Source of the DNA: Pseudomonas phage PaBG
Sequence record: KF147891.1
DNA length: 64,000 bases
Reading direction: 5' to 3' (one strand)
The first letter of the stretch is position 1; each line of letters starts with the position of its first letter. Below, piece by piece: positions 55,501 through 64,000 of this stretch. The notes beneath the pieces are model-generated. The model was given only the letters and a program-made list of their open reading frames with translations, did not search any database and had not been told where the DNA came from. Made by a program: the position numbers and the translations under genes.

Positions 55501-58450
55501 CGTGGTTGCTGGTCTGAACTTCCTGCGGAACAACCGCATGTCCATCGTTATCGGCAACGCCGTAATGAACGTGGGCACCAACCTGGAGTTCATCAAGGCA
55601 TTCAAGTTCAACTACATCATCATCGACGAAAGCCACAAGCTCAAGGGCATCAACACCGCCAAGCACAAGGTCACGAAGCAGCTCACCACTGCGTCGTTCG
55701 TGGAGTACCTGCGCATCGCAACTGGTACCCTGATCGCCGACCGTGTGCGTGACATCGAAGGTCAAACGGCTCTGTACTCGCCGCACATCTTCCGTCAGGG
55801 CGAACTGTCCAGCAGCACGGTCACGCAGTCGCTGAACGACGAGCTGAAACTCGGTGACGAAACCGTCCAGTTGTGGAAGGTGAACACGCCGCAACGCGCA
55901 CGGCAACGTCTGTCGCGCTACGCCGCAGTCATCACCAAGAAGAAGAAAGAGTGGGCCTTCATGCTGCCCTCCCCGATCGAAAACTTCTATGGTATCAAGT
56001 TCGTCAACGAGGAAGGTACCGAGCAGGAGATTCGTGAAGGCGAACTGCACCGCCAGCTCTATGATCTGGTAGTGGACGAGTCCGTACAGGCCCTGCAGCA
56101 GTTGCTGTCGAAGGCCAAGGGCCGTGCTGCTGGTGAAGATGATGACGACGATGACGATGGTGACGGTGACGAAGACGCCGAAGGCAACGAAATCGACTTC
56201 GAGATGGACGAAGGGGATGAACTGGCTGCTCTCAGCCAAGCAGACCTCGACGCCTACCTGCAGCGGATCGAGCGCCTGATCATCGCACCCGAGTACGACC
56301 CTCTGTTCGAGCAGGTCTTCGGTGCGTACGGCATCAAGAGCTACACGTCGCGGAAAGCGAAGTTCATCGCCAATCTGGTTGATCGCCATTTCAATCCCAA
56401 GGAGTGGAGTAAGGGCGAAGTGTACACCGAGTACGATCTGGTAACCTTCGAAGGTGACCTGTATCTGGCTCGTAAGTACAACAAGGAATCGACCACTCGC
56501 GACCAACTGCCGCGCGATACCATCGGCAAGGACCCGAAGTCCAACCCGTCGATCTGGAAGAAAGAGCCTGAGGGCAAGGTCATCATCTTCTGCCGCTACA
56601 CCAACTCGGTGAACGCGGTGTACAACGCGCTCGCGCCGAAGTACCAGAAGATGGCGGTCAAGTTCACCGGCGAAGAAGTGGACAAGTGGTCGAACCTGGA
56701 TGCGTTCATCAGTGACCCGAACGTCAAGATCATCGTTGCCAACGAAATGGGTCTGTCGGAAGGTCACAACCTGCAGATGGCCTCGCGCATGATTCGCGTG
56801 GAGTCTCCGTGGGGTCCGGGTGAACTCGACCAGTCGGCTTCGCGTATCTTCCGTCCTGATCCGAAGGGTGCGGCTGCTGGTGAAATCTACCGTGAAGTCG
56901 TGTTCCTGGACTGGGTGCTCGCGGACAACTCGATGGAGGTGGCTAAGCAAGGTCGCTTGATCGCCAAAATCTTCAACAAGACCCGCTTTGACGAGGCCGA
57001 GAACCCGCGCTACGCCGACGTGTTGGCACACAACATGCTGGAAGAAGTCAGCATGTCCTTGGCGACTCTGCAGGAGCGTCCGAGCCTGTATGACTACGAC
57101 GAGTATATCTCGGCGTACAGCCAGCTCAACGGCATCCAGCGTGCCGAGTTCACGCACATGCGGGCGACCATGCCTACCTCGATGCTTGAGGTTCCGCAGA
57201 CCCCTGTTGTTGATGGGGCGCGGTCGATCAACACTCCGTTCGTTTCGTCTCAGGACATTCCTGACCCGAACGGCTGGAAGCCTGTTGTGTTGAAGAAGGT
57301 GCTGCGTGCGGAAGACGGCAAGCAGTATGTCGAAGACCCGGATCGTCTCGTTGGGCAGCCGGTTATTACCGACCGCGGCAACGGCATGATCGTCAGTGTC
57401 AAGACCCGCTACGTTGGTCTGGCGAAAGACGGTGTGGTCAACAAAGACCGTCCGATCAGCTCCGTGTTGGTCAAGCTGAAAGGCAGCAACGAAATCATCA
57501 GCATTGGTGACATGGGCCTGCTGTTCATGCCTACTGCTGCCAGCTCGAAGGTGATCCAGAAAGAGTTTGCTGTCGATCTGGCCTACCGCAAGGCGGACAT
57601 CAAGAAGCAGGAACGCTTGCAGCGCGATCAGGAGCTTCTGGAAGAGCAGGAAGAGAAGGAACGTGTGCGTCGGGAACGTCGCAGCACTCGCCAGGCTCGC
57701 GTGCGTACAACTTCCATCGATGCCGGTGAAAAGCGTAAACGCAACATCAAGGAAGGTAAGCCTGTTAACCAGGGTGTGACCTACACTCCGAACTTGAAGA
57801 TTCCGACTTCGGTGAAGCCGGACGCAGCAGAAGTTGAGGCAACTCCACTGGTGCTGTCGCCTGCTTACTACCACGGGTATCTGACGCTCGAATCCGACAA
57901 CATCGACTACGCCAAGGCGTTGAAGAAGCACGGGTTCAAGCAGATCGGGGAGTACGCTTTCATCGTAGTGTCGCGCCGTAATCAGGCGAACGCTGTGATG
58001 GACTACATCGAGGAGAAGTTCCACCTGTCCGATCAAACGGCCAACCGCCTCGGTGAAGTGTTCGCTGCCTTTGAGAAGGGCAAGCGTGGTTTGTACAATC
58101 TGGAGCTCCTGCCTCAGAACACGCTGCCGCACTTCTTCCAAGTCAGCAAGCGCATGGTAACCGATCGGAAAGAGGCTCGTTTCTTCCCGTTCTTCATGGA
58201 TGACAAGCTGATGATTGCTGTGGACGTTGCTACGTCGCCGATCATCAAGCGCCATATCGGCAAGGAGATTCCGGGTGCAAATACCAAGTGGCAACTGTCA
58301 CCTGGTGCTCTGGTGTGCTTCCTGCAGAACAAGGCTGCCATGAACAGCAAGGTCAAGGAGCTGAAAGACGCTGGCTTCACCATCGCATCGCCTGACGTGC
58401 TCAAGAAGGAGATTGCTGCAATCAACTTCAAGGCATCGAAGAAGAAGTGA
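52541..58450 (+). CDS. giant (1969 aa) SNF2/Rad54-family helicase-domain protein
   Basis: Walker A AVLDISPGGGKTSIG, Walker B IIIDESHKLKG (DExH), motif III ATGTLIADR, motif VI QSASRIFRPD. Polyacidic insert GEDDDDDDDGDGDEDAEG. About 850 aa N-terminal and about 500 aa C-terminal of unknown function. The large antisense ORFs were rejected. Confidence 0.75.
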   Translation: MGSLFTLNSLSAAIDAAVEEASKTPFKREIDAMYDALGASLSGDAPEYVSLAAGAPDLVKSLQPVSLDPELYKAYNSFFYNKRRAFLVELFDQVADVANSVNCFFLFMREMLQQGRSLFAAESNRTEWDRRIQELAERAVKQRDMLRQGDKSSVNESMYRLLGAMMHGDKHSIRASEVYSGGVDVMLARSARDKALMCSNIQYGYFLASNTSQFGYENDRMQAFMTETSLKVKEAAREILEYLFGAGHEGSSYEPYMKSLPLTTDFTEIQRIFEKVVGVKLGVNFFHNITFGTDSKSKAEQFCRAVLVLHAEKSAEAELSKQYSREIARSDIGPEGLLSVEALVKQRVQQDITTEAALLNRVVGSTIAFTFDKPTARFIAQAEETEDLNFANFDSWFSLWSTQFLRKKGSTVSNDLVKGRVKLANIPRYVLPVSKLAQITKARQRLGMSVEATRANEDGLYITPQGTLAYLPTGEDRDKLTAINEFERLGAAVAKVCSDYGINNSILAESYEKVAQYGIPHSVYAEANANLKRLTEFHDSVLSYDWDYGLRVYGSERPGLVRCEVQIGAVKPDTLTIADYLGYNMAKEGEAPLQKTFADSLMLMTHDNPIASDTHPRDIYGSTMEPDKFVKTAQFRSIFETYFFHVYKGELPGLQELVKRAMSELSIEKLDKETPRDQGPLYTGLITSDGTMRDAGRNQETDIELAERLLAATANATSGKNGTFIARELGEDMRDASYQEMQDAIAEHEDFFVADKSPAHHFARLFNFIGGNVFKQILDGINSLSVEQLTDGSRSHEVVERLPSADGGQPMDVKRTIVRPNSNELLNTVKPIAIMFGKYAQNYEALEAEAEEAIKSIEYDPGVDVEDIHFAGSKESFSVFPHQLDTHRYLRKPQPPKFAVLDISPGGGKTSIGLGDMAAIVKDMQGLGKKIRPLVLCPDGLIRNWCNDMKSFAGDTWNMIPIDKNVFNRWGAERLQQVIEQAPPNTIVVAGLNFLRNNRMSIVIGNAVMNVGTNLEFIKAFKFNYIIIDESHKLKGINTAKHKVTKQLTTASFVEYLRIATGTLIADRVRDIEGQTALYSPHIFRQGELSSSTVTQSLNDELKLGDETVQLWKVNTPQRARQRLSRYAAVITKKKKEWAFMLPSPIENFYGIKFVNEEGTEQEIREGELHRQLYDLVVDESVQALQQLLSKAKGRAAGEDDDDDDDGDGDEDAEGNEIDFEMDEGDELAALSQADLDAYLQRIERLIIAPEYDPLFEQVFGAYGIKSYTSRKAKFIANLVDRHFNPKEWSKGEVYTEYDLVTFEGDLYLARKYNKESTTRDQLPRDTIGKDPKSNPSIWKKEPEGKVIIFCRYTNSVNAVYNALAPKYQKMAVKFTGEEVDKWSNLDAFISDPNVKIIVANEMGLSEGHNLQMASRMIRVESPWGPGELDQSASRIFRPDPKGAAAGEIYREVVFLDWVLADNSMEVAKQGRLIAKIFNKTRFDEAENPRYADVLAHNMLEEVSMSLATLQERPSLYDYDEYISAYSQLNGIQRAEFTHMRATMPTSMLEVPQTPVVDGARSINTPFVSSQDIPDPNGWKPVVLKKVLRAEDGKQYVEDPDRLVGQPVITDRGNGMIVSVKTRYVGLAKDGVVNKDRPISSVLVKLKGSNEIISIGDMGLLFMPTAASSKVIQKEFAVDLAYRKADIKKQERLQRDQELLEEQEEKERVRRERRSTRQARVRTTSIDAGEKRKRNIKEGKPVNQGVTYTPNLKIPTSVKPDAAEVEATPLVLSPAYYHGYLTLESDNIDYAKALKKHGFKQIGEYAFIVVSRRNQANAVMDYIEEKFHLSDQTANRLGEVFAAFEKGKRGLYNLELLPQNTLPHFFQVSKRMVTDRKEARFFPFFMDDKLMIAVDVATSPIIKRHIGKEIPGANTKWQLSPGALVCFLQNKAAMNSKVKELKDAGFTIASPDVLKKEIAAINFKASKKK

Positions 58451-58498
58451 TCCACAGGTGGGGAGGAAACTCCCCACTTCCTCAACGAGGGAATCTGA

Positions 58499-59011
58499 AT
58501 GCAAACCAGTAAAGAGAAACTGATGGCGCAGCAATTGGTGCTGTTCCATCTGGGCTTCTACAAAGGCCTGATCGATGGCATTTGGTCGACCGCCACCATC
58601 ACAGCCAAGAAGAAATTCGAGGCCGACATGAGCTTCTTGCCTGCCTATCCGAATCAAGGACTGCCCTTCGGTGAGCGCGACAAGTTGCCCAAGAACATGT
58701 ACTACGCCAACGGTCTCATCAAGCACCGTGAGCTGACGCCTGAACGCGAGAAGGAAATCATGGACGCCATGAAGGCGCGCATGGGTGCTGCCACGCGGGA
58801 AGAGCCGAAGGTCGAAGTCGGTATTACTGAGATCGACGGGGCAGGTCTCGTGGGTCCTGCCGGTGAAGCTGGTCAACCCGGCCCAGACTATCCAGCAGAC
58901 GGACAGCCCAACGCGTTGGCTGGTGCTGCAGGGCAGGAACAGAAGCCTGCACACCAGCAACAGGGCAAGCCACATCATCACGGCCATCGGCCCAAAGATC
59001 AACGGCGGTGA
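58499..59011 (+). CDS. hypothetical protein with a short collagen-like Gly-X-Y stretch
   Basis: GLVGPAGEAGQPGPD. Confidence 0.4.
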   Translation: MQTSKEKLMAQQLVLFHLGFYKGLIDGIWSTATITAKKKFEADMSFLPAYPNQGLPFGERDKLPKNMYYANGLIKHRELTPEREKEIMDAMKARMGAATREEPKVEVGITEIDGAGLVGPAGEAGQPGPDYPADGQPNALAGAAGQEQKPAHQQQGKPHHHGHRPKDQRR

Positions 59012-59014
59012 CCT

Positions 59015-59524
59015 ATGAAGCATCCGGCTAAGCTCACTTACGCCGCGCTGCGACTCAATGGTGCCACCCGCCGCTACCTGTTCTGCACAACCCAAGAGAA
59101 GCCACACTTCGGTGACGAGTCTTTCGACTTCTTGGCGTACTTCGGGTTTGGTAGTGGTGAGTTTGAGGGCATGCACCCGCCCGAGTACGACAAGCTGCGC
59201 GTTCGCGTTGTTCAACTGCCGTCGTCTGATGTCGAGTACAACCTGGCCTTCATCGCCAAAACGATGAGCCAGCCGACAGACGAGTTTCGTGGCTTCTACA
59301 CGGAAGACGGCACTACGTTTCACATGCTCATGCCCGATCCCGATGGTGTGTCCCTGACTCATCTTTCGGCGTTCAACTGGCATTACTACACCGCAATCGG
59401 CGGCGACCAGCATACTGCGTTCTCGCACATCAAAGCGATGAACCGCAAGCATGTGCTGTTCGAGACCTACGCGGAGCAAAGTCGCTTGCTGCTCGGCTAC
59501 AGCGAACTCGCCCGTGTGATCTGA
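59015..59524 (+). CDS. hypothetical protein
   Basis: 169 aa. ATGA overlap. Confidence 0.45.
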   Translation: MKHPAKLTYAALRLNGATRRYLFCTTQEKPHFGDESFDFLAYFGFGSGEFEGMHPPEYDKLRVRVVQLPSSDVEYNLAFIAKTMSQPTDEFRGFYTEDGTTFHMLMPDPDGVSLTHLSAFNWHYYTAIGGDQHTAFSHIKAMNRKHVLFETYAEQSRLLLGYSELARVI

Positions 59525-59528
59525 CTAT

Positions 59529-59557
59529 AGGCGGCCTTCGGGTCGCCTTTTCTTTTT
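59529..59557 (+). terminator. intrinsic terminator followed by an AAACTGTAAAT motif (59562-59572)
   Basis: AGGCGGCC-uucg-GGUCGCCU followed by UUUUCUUUUU. Confidence 0.75.
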
Positions 59558-59600
59558 CCGCAAACTGTAAATGCTATCCAGACATGGATTAGAGGTGTTT

Positions 59601-62600
59601 GGTATGCCTAAGTGCGATCATGTCGAGTTGGACTACAAATACTCCAAGAAGTTTCGCAGAGTCGAGAACAACTTCGGGTATGTCCGCTTGGCCAAATCGG
59701 TAGTCAAGAAGCCCAAGGGCAAGATTCTGTTTGTGTTGGACTACGTTCCGACCGAAGACCTGCGCAGTGGCCGTATGCTCAGCGGTGCCACTGGCCAACT
59801 GTTCGATAACGTCATCAAAGTAGCCGAGCAGTATTACAACAGCGACCACGAACTCGCCGATTATTCGTGGCTGGCAATATCGTTCCACGCGTTCAAGACG
59901 GCAGGCCAACCCGAGCAGTTTCGCTCTGACGCCAAGCTGGAGTTTGCGGAGCGCCTGAATTTCATCATCACCGAATACAAGCCAGATGTCGTAGTGACCT
60001 TCGGACAAGACCCGTACAAGGCACTGAACGGCGAGTTGATTGCCTCGAAGTACCGCGACCGAAAGGGTATCCACTACGAGCACTTCTACGGCGTACCAAT
60101 CGAGACGACCGTAAGCAAGGGTGAGAAGTCGCACACGTTCAAGCACGTTCCGACGCTCAGCCTGAACACCCTGGTAAACGCCAGCGGCAAAGGCGAGCCA
60201 ATGTACCTCGCTGGGTATGTTGCGCGTAACCTGATGACTGCGCTGTATGGCGGCGAGTTGCGGTACAAGATTCCTGAGTTGAAGTACAAGGTCAGGCTGG
60301 TCGACACTATCGACAAGTTTGACGAAATGCTCGACACGATCACCGAAGCCAAGGAAGTGGCAATCGACACGGAGACCAAGAACCTCATGCGGATCACAAA
60401 CCGCATGTTGACGATTCAGTTTGCCGTGGATGAAAAGGCTGCGTACATTCTGCCCATCGGACACAAGGACAGTCCTTGGTTGCCCGACGAGTTGAAGTAC
60501 ATCAAGAAGAAGTTGCGCCTGTACTTCGAGCGCAAGAACAAGAACAAGCAGCACATCTACGCCAACGCCGTGTTCGACCTGAACAGGATTCGCGTGGACC
60601 TTGGAGTTCGCCATTTCAAGAATGCTGTCTGGGACGTGTTCGCTGGTGAGTTCGGGCACGACGAAAACATGAAGGTGTTGGAGGGTATCACTGGCGGTAC
60701 CTACTACACCCTGCTCAACATTTGTATGCAGTACGGTTGTACCGCGTACTACGAGTCCGACTTCGGTAAGGACAAGCGGGCAACCATCGAACAGGCCGAC
60801 TTGGATAAGTCCCTGCTCAATTACTGCGCACTGGACGTCGTTACGCTCATCCACATCAAGCGCCTGCAGATTCAGCGCGGTAAGGACTACGGCTACAAGA
60901 AGTACCAGAGCATCGTGAAAGAGCAGATCAGTGATATGCTCCACGTGTTCTCGTGCCTTGAGGTCAACGGGTGCAAGACGGACATCAACTGGCTGTTCTA
61001 CCTGAAGTCCAAAGACAGCCCGATCTTGAAGCACCGTGCCGACGTCATCAAGGCACTCAACGAGACCAAGGGCGTACAGCGCGCCAACGCCAAGATGTCG
61101 AAGCAGTCTGGCGCGCCGCAACTCGGCCTGTTTGGAAAGACCAAGCTCAACATCTTCGACATCGGCAAGAAGGCACACTTGAACATGCTCATGTTCGACG
61201 TGCTCAAGCTCAAGCCGCTGTCTACGGGTAAGGGCGGTCAGGGCAACATCGACAAGGACTTCCAGAAGAAGTATGCGGACATACCGGAAGTGGCTCTGTA
61301 CAACGAGCTACAGAAGGTCAAGAAAATCTACAACAGCTATGTCAAGGCGTTTGTCAAGCAATGGGGTTCCGACTCCGACATGCGCTCCGACTCCTGCATT
61401 CGTCCGTTCTTCCAGTTCCGAGACGTGGTAACAGGCCGTACCTCGGCGAAGAAACCATCGCTGCACCAAATCCCAAGCAGAAACGAAATCACGGAGTTCA
61501 TCAAGAAGATGTTCCCCGGCCGTGCCGACTTGGGTAAGATCATCAAGCGCCTGTTCATTGCGGACAAGGGTCGCCTGATCTTGAAGATCGACTATGCGGC
61601 ACACGAAGTTCGTGGTTGGTCGATCATCACTGGTGACCAAGAAGTGGCAGACCTGTTCTGGCACGGCTTGCGTATGCGTAACCAGTACAAGCTCTACCCA
61701 ACGGAAGAGCTGGCGAAAAAGATTGACATGGAAGGTGACGTCCATAAGATCAACGCCGCGTACTTCTTCGGTATGAAGATCGAGGACGTAGATAAGCCGA
61801 AGCGTAACAGCGTTAAGCAGGTAATCTTCGGTCTGATTTACCAGCAGGGCATGGAGGGTGTTGCCAAGTCCACAGGGCAAACCCTTGAGGCGATCAAGTC
61901 TCTGGTCAAGGCGTTCTTCAAGCGCTTCCCGATCGGTGCTGGCTGGTTCGACAAGATCAAGGAGAAAGCTGCCAAGCAGTTGTATGTCGAATCGCCCCTG
62001 GGCCGTCGCCGTAACCTGTGGGCATTCCTGATCCCGAAAGATGCCAAGTCGTTCGAGGGTGTCTACGCTGCCACTGGCCGTCGTGCTGTGAACTCGCCAA
62101 TTCAGGGCATGGGTTCTGACTTCCTGGTGTCTGGCGCTCGGGAAATCGAGAACATGAAGTATGCCCACTACCGCGAGACTGGCCACTACCCGGACTTCTA
62201 CATGTGCAACTCTGTACACGACTCCTTGGAGTTTAGCGTTGCGTATGAGGACGTTTGGCTTGCGATTCGGATGATCGAACACGGCCTGACTTACGGCGTC
62301 ATGAGTGTCATGGAGAAACGTCATGGTCTGCGCTTCCCAGTGCCGCTGGAAATCGACTTTGAAATCGGCGCCAACATCCGTGACTGCAAAGGCTGGGATT
62401 ACAGCCTTGCCAATCTGGATGAGTTGATCGAAAAAGCTCTGGTACAGCAGCGCGATGAATTCGGCTACGAAGTGGACGTTGAGAAGACACTCAAGCAGAT
62501 CACCCGTGGTCAGTACGAGCACATGCCTGACTGGGCCAAGAAGCAAGCCTGGAACCTGAAACTCAAGATGAAGGGTATGAAGAAAGACCCGCGTGCCGCC

Positions 62601-62702
62601 GACGAAGTCTTCACAGCGAAGACTGCGAAAGCCGCCATCGAGAAATTCAACGCCAAGCCTAAGAAACCTGTGAAAGGCAAAGTCATGAAGGAGGCCGCAT
62701 GA
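59601..62702 (+). CDS. family A DNA polymerase with 3'-5' exonuclease and an N-terminal degenerate UDG-like domain
   Basis: Pol motif A KIDYAAHEVR (compare DYSQIELR). Motif B RNSVKQVIFGLIYQQG. Motif C CNSVHDSLEF. Exo I VAIDTET. N-terminus has PTEDLRSGRMLSGATGQLFDNV, which resembles the family-4 UDG motif but lacks the GEGPG box. Confidence 0.9.
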   Translation, partial: GMPKCDHVELDYKYSKKFRRVENNFGYVRLAKSVVKKPKGKILFVLDYVPTEDLRSGRMLSGATGQLFDNVIKVAEQYYNSDHELADYSWLAISFHAFKTAGQPEQFRSDAKLEFAERLNFIITEYKPDVVVTFGQDPYKALNGELIASKYRDRKGIHYEHFYGVPIETTVSKGEKSHTFKHVPTLSLNTLVNASGKGEPMYLAGYVARNLMTALYGGELRYKIPELKYKVRLVDTIDKFDEMLDTITEAKEVAIDTETKNLMRITNRMLTIQFAVDEKAAYILPIGHKDSPWLPDELKYIKKKLRLYFERKNKNKQHIYANAVFDLNRIRVDLGVRHFKNAVWDVFAGEFGHDENMKVLEGITGGTYYTLLNICMQYGCTAYYESDFGKDKRATIEQADLDKSLLNYCALDVVTLIHIKRLQIQRGKDYGYKKYQSIVKEQISDMLHVFSCLEVNGCKTDINWLFYLKSKDSPILKHRADVIKALNETKGVQRANAKMSKQSGAPQLGLFGKTKLNIFDIGKKAHLNMLMFDVLKLKPLSTGKGGQGNIDKDFQKKYADIPEVALYNELQKVKKIYNSYVKAFVKQWGSDSDMRSDSCIRPFFQFRDVVTGRTSAKKPSLHQIPSRNEITEFIKKMFPGRADLGKIIKRLFIADKGRLILKIDYAAHEVRGWSIITGDQEVADLFWHGLRMRNQYKLYPTEELAKKIDMEGDVHKINAAYFFGMKIEDVDKPKRNSVKQVIFGLIYQQGMEGVAKSTGQTLEAIKSLVKAFFKRFPIGAGWFDKIKEKAAKQLYVESPLGRRRNLWAFLIPKDAKSFEGVYAATGRRAVNSPIQGMGSDFLVSGAREIENMKYAHYRETGHYPDFYMCNSVHDSLEFSVAYEDVWLAIRMIEHGLTYGVMSVMEKRHGLRFPVPLEIDFEIGANIRDCKGWDYSLANLDELIEKALVQQRDEFGYEVDVEKTLKQITRGQYEHMPDWAKKQAWNLKLKMKGMKKDPRAADEVFTAKTAKAAIEKFNAKPKKPVKGKVMKEAA

Positions 62703-63028
62703 GTGGTGACCTGCAACACGCCGTCGATCTTTTGAACGAGGCAGTGGCGCTTGATCCGAAACTCTGGTCGCTGTTTGACGTGATGGTCCCTACGGCTACC
62801 GTCGTAGGGCTATCAACGCCTATCGAGTTGATGCAGGTCAATGATCGACTCGCCATGGCGAACGTGCTCGGAGTCCTGAACGGACTTCTTGCACCCAGTG
62901 CAAACGAGCGTATCAGCATTATCGTGGAAAACAAAAATGGACACACCCAACGCAAATTTTGCGTCACCGGGCTTGAACATTCCGCCGTGGGCGATGCTCA
63001 GCACCAGGATGTCGAAGGGTCTGTATAA
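62699..63028 (+). CDS. hypothetical protein
   Basis: 109 aa. ATGA overlap with the polymerase stop. Confidence 0.35.
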   Translation: MSGDLQHAVDLLNEAVALDPKLWSLFDVMVPTATVVGLSTPIELMQVNDRLAMANVLGVLNGLLAPSANERISIIVENKNGHTQRKFCVTGLEHSAVGDAQHQDVEGSV

Positions 63029-63350
63029 GCGCATTCTTGCCAGCCAGACCATAAGCCTGTCCAAGGGCGAATTGCAGCAATGGTTCGTTGAGTCGTGGAA
63101 TGCAACCTACGCCAACTTCACGCAGGTTGCAATCGCAATGTGTGAAGACACTACGTCGGCAGAGATTCTGATGCGCGCTGCCCGCGCCGTGTTTCTGGAA
63201 ATGCAAGTGCGATTCCCAGGACTTCACCGTTCTGGATACAACATGTACATGGCAGTGTCACCTCGCGGTAGAACCTGCCGTCTCTATTTAGACGTTGCGC
63301 CCAAGGGCGTGATCGTGACAGACGCTCCTGTTAATTGGACTCTGCACTAA
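62937..63350 (+). CDS. hypothetical protein (start uncertain)
   Basis: Part of ORF 62889..63350. Overlaps the previous ORF. Confidence 0.3.
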   Translation: MDTPNANFASPGLNIPPWAMLSTRMSKGLYKRILASQTISLSKGELQQWFVESWNATYANFTQVAIAMCEDTTSAEILMRAARAVFLEMQVRFPGLHRSGYNMYMAVSPRGRTCRLYLDVAPKGVIVTDAPVNWTLH

Positions 63351-63360
63351 GGAACGAAAG

Positions 63361-64000
63361 ATGAAGATTTCCCAGAAGCCAAACCTCTCTTTCACTGCAC
63401 ATGCCAAAGAACTGCAATCGGCAATCAGCAAGGTGCAGAGCATCACCCAGTTCGTCGATTGCCTTGACACCGAGCGCAAGCATGCCCTGATCGTCGCTGA
63501 TGGCAAAGCCTACGTTGCAGGTATCACACCTGATGCGTTTGCGTGCCTCCAGATTGCCGACAGTATGGCTGACGCTGAGGGTAGCCTGGTGTTCGATCCG
63601 CAGACGGTCAACGGCCTTATCAAAGGTCGTGATGTTCTGAGCGTCGAAGGCAGCAAAGCGCAAGTCACGTTCAGTGCCGTGAAAGGTAAGTACACCGCCA
63701 AGACCGAACTCGCCTTGTTCGATGACGCCGACATGGTGCGCGTCAAGTCCGTGTTCGAGGCTCCCAAGGCGAAGAAGCTCAAGAATGCCGTCATCAACGC
63801 AATTCGCGCAGGCATCAAAGCGGCCGAACTCACCAACTTCTACTCGGACGAAGTGATCCTCGCTTTCGTCAAGGTTGGTGAGAAAGGCGTCACCATCGAG
63901 TGCGCGGACAACTTCCACATTTCCTGCTACCAGGACAAGACACCGAGCGACGCCAAGTTTCGCTTTGCCATTCCTGCCAAGACTTTCGGCCTGATCGACA
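63361..64000 (+). CDS. sliding clamp-like protein (T4 gp45-like); 3' end truncated by the window edge
   Basis: ATG at 63361 after SD aaggaa. The frame is open to the end of the window. MKISQKPNLSFTAHAKELQSAISKV... resembles the gp45 N-terminus (MKLSKDTTALLKNFATINSGI). The antisense ORF 63331..63918 was rejected. Confidence 0.45.
   Translation, partial: MKISQKPNLSFTAHAKELQSAISKVQSITQFVDCLDTERKHALIVADGKAYVAGITPDAFACLQIADSMADAEGSLVFDPQTVNGLIKGRDVLSVEGSKAQVTFSAVKGKYTAKTELALFDDADMVRVKSVFEAPKAKKLKNAVINAIRAGIKAAELTNFYSDEVILAFVKVGEKGVTIECADNFHISCYQDKTPSDAKFRFAIPAKTFGLID

Noticed and set aside
54281-58294. 1337-aa - strand ORF, plus 53066..54238 (-) and 58298..59479 (-)
   Set aside because: Antisense to the SNF2 helicase gene and its neighbours. 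Low-complexity R/L/V/G-rich translations with no motifs. The + strand products have clear helicase motifs.
59589-62546. - strand ORFs of 529 aa (59589..61178) and 412 aa (61308..62546)
   Set aside because: Antisense to the DNA polymerase gene, whose Pol A motifs A, B and C are clear.

Overview
The window is a GC-rich (about 57-60%), densely coding, tailed-phage-like segment. Nothing suggests bacterial chromosome. AlgP-type KPAA/AKKAA repeat proteins and gamma-proteobacterial-type tRNAs (the first tRNA-Lys shares its acceptor stem and D arm with E. coli tRNA-Lys) point to a Pseudomonas-like host; this is inference.

Layout, left to right:
- 1-14.8 kb: a leftward-transcribed block. It is driven by three paralogous sigma70-type (host-like) promoter + leader cassettes. 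It encodes a 5'-3' exonuclease (FEN), a T4-like two-subunit type II topoisomerase, a Cas4/RecB-like nuclease, a P-loop kinase with a polyacidic tail, and small membrane or secreted proteins.
- 14.9-20.2 kb: a divergent rightward block with a DnaG-like primase. A short leftward island (16.3-18.2 kb) sits inside it and holds a RuvC-like resolvase.
- 20.2-21.6 kb: a 1.4-kb ORF-free region with an AT-rich stretch and several direct repeat (iteron) families. This is a candidate replication origin.
- 24.2-26.9 kb: a tRNA island with Thr, Lys, Asp and a second Lys tRNA, one aberrant tRNA-like element, and T-arm-like remnants.
- 29.9-35.5 kb: the most unusual part, a candidate DNA hypermodification cassette. 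It holds a ParB-like protein, a complete C5-cytosine methyltransferase whose catalytic motif IV is PCK instead of PCQ, a clear CmoA (carboxy-S-adenosylmethionine synthase) homolog, a PP-loop ATPase and an HExxH protein. I infer that phage cytosines are carboxymethylated (5-carboxymethylcytosine) and perhaps then amidated.
- 36.1-43.5 kb: a DUF2829/Tad2-like (anti-Thoeris) protein, a DnaX-like clamp loader, a split SbcC(Rad50)...Mre11(SbcD) pair with a DHH phosphoesterase and an antisense PD-(D/E)XK nuclease (a homing-endonuclease-like gene with a paralog at 28.7 kb) between the two halves.
- 43.6-59.5 kb: a histone-like KA-rich protein, a structural/late-like block with an M15 peptidase and an HNH endonuclease, and a 1969-aa SNF2-family helicase (DarB-like by inference).
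- 59.6-64.0 kb: a family A DNA polymerase with a degenerate UDG-like N-terminus, then a partial sliding clamp at the window edge.

Two regulatory systems recur. A motif AAACTGTAAAT is found upstream of many rightward genes and twice, as its reverse complement, upstream of leftward genes (at about 11.69 and 17.57 kb). Several UUCG-tetraloop intrinsic terminators are exact repeats.

The ORF track contains many long antisense ORFs. They are artefacts of the high GC content and were rejected.
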